From Candidatus Saccharimonadota bacterium (lineage in GTDB: Bacteria; Patescibacteriota; Gracilibacteria; UBA1369; 2-02-FULL-48-14), in assembly GCA_041661045.1 (NCBI GenBank), contig JBAZVE010000001.1, forward strand, positions 750,001 to 782,000: a stretch of DNA of 32,000 nt, read 5' to 3'. This document shows positions 23,815 to 31,169 of this stretch, piece after piece. Below the pieces are notes generated by a model. It was not told the DNA's origin and made no database searches. It saw nothing but the letters and a program-made list of their open reading frames with translations. Every line of letters begins with the position of its first letter. Positions within the stretch are counted from its first letter, which is position 1. Made by a program: the position numbers and the translations under genes.

Positions 23815-25041
23815 TTAGCCTCCGCTGCGCTTCGGCTTGAAGGATATCACAAAAATAATCCATGCCAAGAGGATTATCACCGCACCTGTTAAAATGGCTA
23901 AATTTTCGTTTATAGTCACTAAAAATCCGGCCACCAGCGAGGGAATGGCTTGGCCCAAAGCGCGCAAAGATTGGGTGATGCCCATGGCTTCGCCTTGTTC
24001 GCTGGGTTTGCTGATCTGTGAAACCACGGCGGTGGTGTTGGGGAAGGTGAGTCCTTCAAAGAGGGCGAGAAAGGGCTGGCTGAGGTAAAGGAGGGTGACG
24101 CTGGGAATAAATGGAACCACGAAAAGAGTGGCCGAGAGGCAGAGTATGGAGAAGCGAAGCGTGCCTTGTGGGCTCAAATATCGTGCGGCGATGCGTGTGA
24201 AAAGCCCCTGACTTAGGGCGATCCAAATCCCCACGAAACCAAACAAGGTGCCGATTTGTGCACTGCTCATTTCGTACTTTTGAACCAAGAAGACTGGCAT
24301 AAATTGGGTATAAAAACAAAAACCAAGGGCGTGGAGGAAGACCACCAAAAAGATGGAGCGCAGATGTTTCATGTGGAAGGACTTGGCGATGTGCTGGAAG
24401 CCCAAAAAGAGGTGTACCCGCTGATGGGTTGGGTTTTTGAGGGTTTCTTTAAAGAAAAAGGTGAGCAAGGTGAGGCTGAGGGCGGAAAGCAGTGCGGCAA
24501 AATAGAACGGTACCGCGGGGCCGAACCACGGTAATATAGATGGATCGGCCAGCTTTCCGCCCAAAAATGGTCCCACCACAAAGCCCAGCCCAAACGCCAT
24601 TCCAATAAGGCCAAAGTTTTTGGCGCGGGTCTCGTCGGTGCTCATATCGGCAATGGCGGAATTGGCCACACTGATGTTTCCTCCCGTAAATCCGTCCAGG
24701 GCGCGGCTAAAATAGAGCAACCACAGTTGTTGAGTCACGATTCCCACGGCAAACAGCAAATACCCAAAAAAGGTTCCTATCAAAGAGATGGAGAGCATTT
24801 TTTTGCGTCCATAGCGGTCCGAGAGTGTGCCAAGAATGGGCGCCCCAAAAAATTGTCCCAGCGGATACACCGCCACCAGCACGCCCAGCGCAATGTTCCG
24901 CGTGGCCTCCGTCCACAGTGTTGGCACCAAGGTGCTCATGGGGTCGAGCATCATGGGCGCCAGCACCGGAATCATGATCCCAATCCCCATCAAATCTAAA
25001 AAGACGATGATGAAAAGGGTGAGGAATTTGGAGTTTTTCAC
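23815..25041 (-). CDS. MFS transporter (drug:H+ antiporter-like)
   Basis: It has motif A GTLSDRYGRKKML and about 12 TM segments. I prefer the GTG at 25041 (MKNSKFLTLFIIVFLD...), which overlaps the HEPN stop as GTGA. The track start at 25101 is a TTG that would overlap the HEPN gene by 64 nt. Confidence 0.85.
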   Translation of the reverse strand: MKNSKFLTLFIIVFLDLMGIGIMIPVLAPMMLDPMSTLVPTLWTEATRNIALGVLVAVYPLGQFFGAPILGTLSDRYGRKKMLSISLIGTFFGYLLFAVGIVTQQLWLLYFSRALDGFTGGNISVANSAIADMSTDETRAKNFGLIGMAFGLGFVVGPFLGGKLADPSILPWFGPAVPFYFAALLSALSLTLLTFFFKETLKNPTHQRVHLFLGFQHIAKSFHMKHLRSIFLVVFLHALGFCFYTQFMPVFLVQKYEMSSAQIGTLFGFVGIWIALSQGLFTRIAARYLSPQGTLRFSILCLSATLFVVPFIPSVTLLYLSQPFLALFEGLTFPNTTAVVSQISKPSEQGEAMGITQSLRALGQAIPSLVAGFLVTINENLAILTGAVIILLAWIIFVISFKPKRSGG

Positions 25042-25370
25042 TTTATTAGTTTTTGAATGTCTTTTTTGAAAGGAGGAAGATCTTCTTGAATGGTTCTCCA
25101 AATCAATTCCATGTCGAGGTCAAAGTAGTGATGAATAATCATATCGCGCATTCCACATGCATCCTTCCAGGAGATGTGAGCAAGGTCTTTTCTAAATTCC
25201 TGGGGTAATTGTTTTGTGGCCTCTCCGATCACTTCAAATTTTCTTAGAACTGCGTCTTGGGTCTTTTCATCTGACAAAAAATTTACCAAATCGATTCCTT
25301 TCGTGTATGCCTCGATCGATTCCAAGCACTCAAGAATGTGCTTGAGATACTCCTGTTCATCTTTCTTCAT
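25038..25370 (-). CDS. hepT: HEPN-domain (DUF86) toxin of a HEPN/MNT module
   Basis: 110 aa with an Rx4H motif in GMRDMIIHHY. It has an ATGA overlap with the upstream nucleotidyltransferase gene. Confidence 0.85.
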   Translation of the reverse strand: MKKDEQEYLKHILECLESIEAYTKGIDLVNFLSDEKTQDAVLRKFEVIGEATKQLPQEFRKDLAHISWKDACGMRDMIIHHYFDLDMELIWRTIQEDLPPFKKDIQKLIK

Positions 25371-25654
25371 AAGATTTTTGCTTCATCTTTAAGGATTCTT
25401 TCTTTTAGAGAGGGGCGGATCGAGTTGTAAGTCCCTATGTCTACCTTTCTCTCCACGATTTCTTCTAAATCGCTTTTTAGGCGCACGAGATCAAAATAGG
25501 TCTTGCCTTTTTCCAGTTCCACCAAGATGTCTAAATCGCTCTCAGGGGTTTCTTCGCCTCGAGCAAAAGATCCAAAAATTCCCGAACGGACCACGCCCGC
25601 TTTTTTTAAAATGGGAACGATTTGCATCTGGATTTTTTTAATTCTTTGTGTCAT
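25367..25654 (-). CDS. mntA: Minimal nucleotidyltransferase (MNT) antitoxin
   Basis: 95 aa with the GSFARGEETPESDLDILV motif (GS...DxD) of the pol-beta NTase fold. Confidence 0.85.
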   Translation of the reverse strand: MTQRIKKIQMQIVPILKKAGVVRSGIFGSFARGEETPESDLDILVELEKGKTYFDLVRLKSDLEEIVERKVDIGTYNSIRPSLKERILKDEAKIL

Positions 25655-25715
25655 AAGATTTTTTGAAGTTCGGTTTTAGCTTAGCTTTCTCTCTCTATTT
25701 TTACAAGTTCATCAG

Positions 25716-26393
25716 ATGGCGCGACGAAAACTCAAACATTTTGCGGAGATGAAAGAAATGGCACATGTTTTTGAGCCGACCCTGGCTTTTCAACGGGGTG
25801 AAAAAATGGATTTGCGGGGCTCGTGGGGGCCTCGCGTTGTTTTGGAATTGGCGTGCGGAGGAGGGGATTACACGCTTGCGCTGGCCCAGCGTTTTCCGAC
25901 CAACACGGTGATTGGCGTGGACATTAAAGGGAGCCGGATGTGGTTTGGCGCGCAAAAAGCAGCGGATCTTAAGGTGTCCAACGCCAAATTTCTGCGCACA
26001 CAAATTGCAAATTTGGGAGATTTTTTTGCCGATGGCGAGGTGGATGAAATCTGGATCACTTTCCCCAATCCGCATCCCACCAAGGGCAACGCCAAACGCC
26101 GTTTGACCTCGCGCAGATTCCTGGAAATGTATCGGCGCATTTTAAAGCCCGGCGGCTTGCTGCACCTGAAGACGGACGACGCCGCTTTGTTTGAATTCAG
26201 CAAAGAAATGCTGCCTTTGGAAGGGTTTATGGTGGAGGAGGCCCTGGCTGACATTTATGGCGCCGCCGAGGATGACGCCATGGGGGTCGATTCGATTTTG
26301 ACCCAAATCCAAACTCAATACGAAAAAAAGTATCTTGCTCAGGGCCGAACCATTAAGTATTTGAGGGGCGTCAGCCCTTCCAAAGTTGCGTAA
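25716..26393 (+). CDS. trmB: tRNA (guanine-N7)-methyltransferase
   Basis: The SAM-binding segment is VLELACGGGDYTLALA. The segments DEIWITFPNPHPTK and GGLLHLKTD are typical of TrmB. Confidence 0.92.
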   Translation: MARRKLKHFAEMKEMAHVFEPTLAFQRGEKMDLRGSWGPRVVLELACGGGDYTLALAQRFPTNTVIGVDIKGSRMWFGAQKAADLKVSNAKFLRTQIANLGDFFADGEVDEIWITFPNPHPTKGNAKRRLTSRRFLEMYRRILKPGGLLHLKTDDAALFEFSKEMLPLEGFMVEEALADIYGAAEDDAMGVDSILTQIQTQYEKKYLAQGRTIKYLRGVSPSKVA

Positions 26394-26426
26394 ATTGTGT
26401 TACAATACAGGGAAACAAAAATAAAT

Positions 26427-27095
26427 ATGTTCACGCCGGAAGCATTTCTGTTCGGGTTCACTCAAGGTTTTGTCCTTGGCCCATTGAGTCTCTATGCTAT
26501 TCGTGAAGGATTGAATCCAAAGAAGGGTTTTTGGTATCAACTTCAGGTTATTTTGGGATCTTTTGTTGTGGATATTGTTTATTTGCTCATGGCCACTTAT
26601 GGCATTGCGCACTTTGTTGAAAATCAGTGGGTCAAGGTGGTGATGTGGACTTTTGCGGGTTGTATTTTGATTCGAATGGGCTTCAACTCTCTCCATGAAA
26701 AACCAGGTCGTTTGACTTATATTAAACTTCATGGGCATCGGCTCACTTTTTTTGACAACGATTTTGTGAAGGGATTTATAGTGAGTTTGTTTAATCCTAT
26801 GGCGGTGGTCTTTTCCCTTATGATTGTGGGCAGTCTTTATGCTTCTTATGCGGGCTCCAGTGGTCCTGCCACTTTTGCTATGAATGTAAATTTGGGTGGA
26901 GTTGCCGCTGGCTTAATTGTCTGTGGTCTTACTTATGCGGTTCGTCAAGTTTTCCATGCGTGGATGATTAAAAAGCTCATGTTTGTGGGATCTATGGTTT
27001 TGATCGGTTATGGAGCGTATTTTTCTTTTAAGGCCTTTGCGGAAATTCAACCCATGGTTGAGGCGGCATTTGCTTCCATATATTCCGCAATGTAG
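26427..27095 (+). CDS. LysE/RhtB-family translocator
   Basis: I chose the ATG at 26427 (MFTPEAFLFGFTQGFVLGP...). The track start at 26397 is a GTG. The protein has about six TM segments with a LysE-like N-terminal pattern. Confidence 0.75.
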   Translation: MFTPEAFLFGFTQGFVLGPLSLYAIREGLNPKKGFWYQLQVILGSFVVDIVYLLMATYGIAHFVENQWVKVVMWTFAGCILIRMGFNSLHEKPGRLTYIKLHGHRLTFFDNDFVKGFIVSLFNPMAVVFSLMIVGSLYASYAGSSGPATFAMNVNLGGVAAGLIVCGLTYAVRQVFHAWMIKKLMFVGSMVLIGYGAYFSFKAFAEIQPMVEAAFASIYSAM

Positions 27096-27901
27096 TCCTG
27101 GTAAGCGTCCATGAGTTTTTTTGTGATGGGTCCAGGTTTTCCGTTGCCCACCTTTTTATTATTGAGCTTGGTGACGGGAATAAGCTCTCGCGGGCGATTG
27201 GTGAGAAAGATTTCATCGGCGGATTTGAGGGCGCCGAGTTTTATGTTTTTTTGGATGACTGGGATTGCTAGTTTTTTGGCAAGGGCCAAAACTCGTTTTC
27301 GAGTGAGCCCTGGTAGCATGCCTGTTTTTGGTGTGATGATTTTCCCGTTTTTCACAATCATCAGGTTGGTTGAGGCTCCTTCGGGAATGTTTCCGTCTGG
27401 GCTTACTATAAGAGCTTCATAAATACCTTTTGGAAAAAGTTCTTTATAAGCCACGACCATATGAGTGAGGCCCACAGTTTTTATTTCTGGCAAAATGCGC
27501 TGTAAATGCATGGTTACCACGGAAACTCCACTGGAATAATCTTTTGGGTTGAGGATAAGAGGCTCGCATGTGACCACGGCAAGAGGATTTTTGGTGCAGG
27601 TGAAATCAAAATCATTCACTCCTCGAGAAATCGTGATGCGTACTCGTGCTGACTTTGCTTTATTTCGATCGGCGGTTCCTTGAATCCAATTTTTGAGCTG
27701 CTTCTCTGTCCAAGGAAGCTCAATATTCATGACTTGAGCGGAGTGTAAAACCCTTTGGACATGCAATTCGAGTTCCAAGACTTTGCCTTTGTAGGTGCGC
27801 ATGGTGTCGTAAAAACCATCGCCATAGAGGAAAGCGTTGTCCAAAACAGATATTTTGGCTTGTTTATCGTTCATCCATTTTCCGTTGATGCAGATGATCA
27901 T
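27047..27901 (-). CDS. Class IV (fold type IV PLP) aminotransferase, branched-chain/D-amino-acid family
   Basis: Supporting segments are FLYGDGFYDTMRTY, the Lys-containing EIKTVGLTHMV, and EGASTNLMIVKNGKIITP. Its start overlaps the upstream stop (TAATG). Confidence 0.85.
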   Translation of the reverse strand: MIICINGKWMNDKQAKISVLDNAFLYGDGFYDTMRTYKGKVLELELHVQRVLHSAQVMNIELPWTEKQLKNWIQGTADRNKAKSARVRITISRGVNDFDFTCTKNPLAVVTCEPLILNPKDYSSGVSVVTMHLQRILPEIKTVGLTHMVVAYKELFPKGIYEALIVSPDGNIPEGASTNLMIVKNGKIITPKTGMLPGLTRKRVLALAKKLAIPVIQKNIKLGALKSADEIFLTNRPRELIPVTKLNNKKVGNGKPGPITKKLMDAYQDYIAEYMEANAASTMG

Positions 27902-29310
27902 TAGGGTTGGGGTTCGTTACACAGGATATCATAAATAATTGGCCAGTTGCTTTCAAAGGCATTCGCAAGAATGATCTTGCTTAGAGCTTCTTGAGATTCC
28001 TCCAAGGTCTTTCCTGTGCCGTGGAGCAGGAGGTCCAGGTTGAGGGCTGGGCGCTTCGCTTCCAAGAAAAGGGTGTTGAGTCCGTAGTTATATAAAGTAC
28101 TGTTGGCTTGGCAGAGGTCTGAGTCGGCTCCGGCTCGGTTGTAGACTTCTTTCATGGACGCTAGGTAGTGCATTTGGTTGAAGCCGCCCAAACAGTTGAA
28201 GCCGTAATACAGGTGTATCACCGTGTAGATGAGCAGCAGGTTGGGCATGAGGGCTTTTTTCCGCAAAGCCTGGGCCACGGCCTCGGGGGTGAAGGGGAGG
28301 CTGAAAGCGCCGTCTTCGGTGCAGAGCTGGCCGTCTTTTTTTTGAAGTTTAGTTCGAGTATTTTTTTCTGGATTCACCCACCAAAAGAGGTGGGTAGCCA
28401 GGTTGCCTTGACGCAAAAATTCTTCCATGGCTGTTGTGAGGGAGTCCAGGAATGTGGCTTGGCTGGGGTCGAAGATCAGTTTATGGATGAGGCTTTCGCT
28501 TTGCAGGTGGTTCTCTAGGAGCAGTTCTGTGACCAGGGTTTCCAGATCCACATAAATAAGGCTTTTGGCCTGGGGCTCGTTTTTGAAGATTTTTTCCCAC
28601 AGTTCATAGTTGATCTGAGTGAATTGATCACATAAAGAAGGCGCTGAGAGGATTTCAGGCTTTTTATAAATTTCCGTGAGTACCGCAAAGAGTTTGTCGG
28701 CTTCTTGAGGGCTGACTTCTCCGTTCCGCACTTTCTCATGCAGGGCCTTCTCAATTTTTACAATTTCTTCCAGAGTGTAGGGTCTGAAACCATAAACCAG
28801 GCTGCTGTGGCTGTTGCTTGGTAAAATAGAGAGCTTTTGGAGTTCATAGGAACCATTTTTTTCTGAGTGGAACAAAAGGCCACGGGGATAGTCTTCGTTA
28901 TTGAGAGAAACGCTGGCACAGGACAGTACTACCACATTTTTTAGCACGGGGTCGTTGAGTTCAGCGGCTGCTGCGGCCAGCATCAGGTCGGCGCTGGTTG
29001 GCAGGCTGGAGTTGAGGGTTCCGTGGTGATCGGCGCTGGAGGCTCCGTAATAATGCTCTAGTTGAGTTTTGACCTCGTCGGCTTTGGCTATGCTCAGGCG
29101 GCTAGCTACGATTTTATGAAAGCTGCGTAAAAACTCTTCCTGGCGTTCTTGGGCGGGGGTAGGTAGGTTTTTCAGGTTGGCAATGGCAAAGTCCTTTAAA
29201 GACAGATCCCCATATTTCTCGATCAACTCTTTAAGCAGAGGGCGTTTTTCGAATATGAACGCCTTCTGTTCAGCTGGGCTTGTACCGGCTTGGGATTGCA
29301 GAAAAAACAT
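27901..29310 (-). CDS. Uncharacterised protein, family X (paralog of 31166-32000)
   Basis: I chose the ATG at 29310 (MFFLQSQAGTS...), which avoids a 61-nt overlap with the upstream gene. It shares LFWW/LFWA and YYGxxCLGGFNQxxYLxxMK blocks with the other copy. I recognise no known motif. Confidence 0.7.
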   Translation of the reverse strand: MFFLQSQAGTSPAEQKAFIFEKRPLLKELIEKYGDLSLKDFAIANLKNLPTPAQERQEEFLRSFHKIVASRLSIAKADEVKTQLEHYYGASSADHHGTLNSSLPTSADLMLAAAAAELNDPVLKNVVVLSCASVSLNNEDYPRGLLFHSEKNGSYELQKLSILPSNSHSSLVYGFRPYTLEEIVKIEKALHEKVRNGEVSPQEADKLFAVLTEIYKKPEILSAPSLCDQFTQINYELWEKIFKNEPQAKSLIYVDLETLVTELLLENHLQSESLIHKLIFDPSQATFLDSLTTAMEEFLRQGNLATHLFWWVNPEKNTRTKLQKKDGQLCTEDGAFSLPFTPEAVAQALRKKALMPNLLLIYTVIHLYYGFNCLGGFNQMHYLASMKEVYNRAGADSDLCQANSTLYNYGLNTLFLEAKRPALNLDLLLHGTGKTLEESQEALSKIILANAFESNWPIIYDILCNEPQP

Positions 29311-29348
29311 AGATGCTCTGTGATTATAACGGGTTTGGCTGGGTCTTG

Positions 29349-30101
29349 CTATGCTTTGTCGAAGTGTTGCCAATCTTGCTCCCCGTTCCATTCGGCGCCC
29401 CACTCCCAACCTTTGGCTTTGAATGTGGATACCACGGCGTCACCGTCAACAAGTACTCCTGGCTTTCCTGCTTCATAAATGGCTCCTTCGGGGACGATGC
29501 TGCCGTCTTTGCGGTAATGGGGATTCAGCAGGGGATTGATATCCACCGCACGCCCCTTTGCGTGTCGGGACATGATGGTGGTGCCTGCAATAGTGCGGTA
29601 ATTGAAGCCGGAGCTGTTGTCTACCAGCATGGAGGCATCGTCATCCCATTCAAACTGGGAAACGGGGATAGCGGATCGGACGGGAAACTTTGTCTTAAAA
29701 GCAGCAGCAAATACCTCTTCCACCTCGTTTGCCAGCTCCTCATCCACCACTATTTGGCCCTTATGAGTCAAGCCATCGAAACCTACATAATACACTTCCA
29801 AAAGTGTCTGTTTGGCCAGCAGTTCCTCAGGGCAGTCGTCCCGCAGGCCGTTCACCACTGCTTCTAAATAAGACAGTTGAGCATCCACCACGGCATCGGT
29901 GGGGGCTTCTTCTAAACCATAGTTGGCAAGATTAACGGGCCTGGATTGCAGTTTTCCCTCGGCTTCCATTTGTAACAAACAGATGATTTTAGACCGAAGA
30001 GCCGCTACTTCTTCAGTAACGGGCTCTTGTAAAACATCTTCTCGAGCGCTGAGTTCGGCAGCTCTTGTGTACTCCGTTCTGCCTGGGGCTTGATTTAGCA
30101 T
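29349..30101 (-). CDS. M15-family (LAS superfamily, VanX/VanY-like) zinc metallopeptidase
   Basis: The metal-ligand motifs are SRHAKGRAVD (SxHxxGxAxD) and GWEWGAEW...DWQHFD. Confidence 0.8.
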   Translation of the reverse strand: MLNQAPGRTEYTRAAELSAREDVLQEPVTEEVAALRSKIICLLQMEAEGKLQSRPVNLANYGLEEAPTDAVVDAQLSYLEAVVNGLRDDCPEELLAKQTLLEVYYVGFDGLTHKGQIVVDEELANEVEEVFAAAFKTKFPVRSAIPVSQFEWDDDASMLVDNSSGFNYRTIAGTTIMSRHAKGRAVDINPLLNPHYRKDGSIVPEGAIYEAGKPGVLVDGDAVVSTFKAKGWEWGAEWNGEQDWQHFDKA

Positions 30102-30130
30102 TTGACAAGCAAGTTAATATGTTATATGCT
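30102..30130 (+). promoter_or_regulatory. Candidate promoter, TTGACA-17-TATGCT, for the M14-like gene
   Basis: A perfect -35 hexamer lies immediately beside the divergent M15 gene start, within a 60-bp divergent intergenic region. Confidence 0.35.
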
Positions 30131-30161
30131 CCTGAGCTAGCAACTATAACTCCCTTATCCA

Positions 30162-31169
30162 ATGGAAACAAGCCAATTTGATTACTCAAAGCGAACTCTC
30201 GACAGAGCTAATAAGGGATTGATGGATTCAGAATACCGAGGAGTTCCCGGGGTTAAAGAATTCCGCGGAGAGCAAGCTGGACCTTCTGATCCAGTATTGT
30301 TCATTGGTACTCATACTCATGGAGATGAACCCGGATCAGGTGCGATTCTCCCTGCACTTATGAGTGGAAAAGTTCAACTGGAGCGAGGTCGTGTGATTGT
30401 AGCGGCCAATAATCTTGCTGCAGCGCGAAACGGAAAGCGTGTGATACCTGGTGGATTGAATTACAACCGTCTTCCCGCAGATGATGTTCTAGCTCAAGCT
30501 CATGTGAATAATCCTTCTGTGGATATTCAAAGAATGCGAGCGTTGGCACAAGCAGGTTTACTTGAAGCAACACACGGTTTGGATCTCCATACTATCCCTC
30601 ATTCAAAGATTCCTGGATTTAAACTCCACGAGAAGGGTGATCCTGCTTTTGCAAATGCTATTGGTCTTGAAACTTTTATTGCTGACATCACCAACAACCA
30701 GTTTGATGCAGAGAATCCTACTGGACCTAAGACTGTGGCTTTTGGAAACTACATCGGAGGTTTGCATAATCCTATTCCAGTTGCTGAAATAGAAGGAGGA
30801 GGTAAAGAAACCCCTCGAGTGCGTCAAACCGTTGCTCAAGGAACGCTTTCTGTTATGGCTCAATTGGGAATGATTGATCCTAGCCGTTATGGATTAAAGT
30901 CAAGAGAAATGGAACAACGCTTATACACGGTTACCGACTGGGCTTGGGCACCTGCTGGCTATACTATGGCTCGCGAATTCGAACCTTATGCGGAAGTACA
31001 AGAAGGAGAGCCTGTAATGATTGACGCTACTGAACAAGGGCGGTCACCAATCTTGGCTCCTAGAAGGGGGCACTTGATTATGCCACCCCCATTTGGGAAA
31101 CCTCTCGAGGGAAATGATGACTGGTGGTATTCAGCTCCAGTAGAAGTGAGCCGACAGATGGTGCTTTAA
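30162..31169 (+). CDS. M14-like succinylglutamate desuccinylase/aspartoacylase (AstE/AspA) family deacylase or peptidase
   Basis: GTHTHGDEPGSG carries the HxxE zinc ligands and GLDLHT the third His. AEIEGG is a candidate catalytic Glu. Codon usage is clearly different from the neighbours, dominated by GCT/CCT/GGA/ACT. Confidence 0.7.
   Translation: METSQFDYSKRTLDRANKGLMDSEYRGVPGVKEFRGEQAGPSDPVLFIGTHTHGDEPGSGAILPALMSGKVQLERGRVIVAANNLAAARNGKRVIPGGLNYNRLPADDVLAQAHVNNPSVDIQRMRALAQAGLLEATHGLDLHTIPHSKIPGFKLHEKGDPAFANAIGLETFIADITNNQFDAENPTGPKTVAFGNYIGGLHNPIPVAEIEGGGKETPRVRQTVAQGTLSVMAQLGMIDPSRYGLKSREMEQRLYTVTDWAWAPAGYTMAREFEPYAEVQEGEPVMIDATEQGRSPILAPRRGHLIMPPPFGKPLEGNDDWWYSAPVEVSRQMVL

Noticed and set aside
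25042-25101. Longer MFS N-terminus (MENHSRRSSSFQKRHSKTNKV...) from the ORF track
   Set aside because: That start is a TTG and would overlap the HEPN gene by 64 nt in the same direction. The GTG at 25041 gives a typical MFS N-terminus and a 4-nt coupling overlap.
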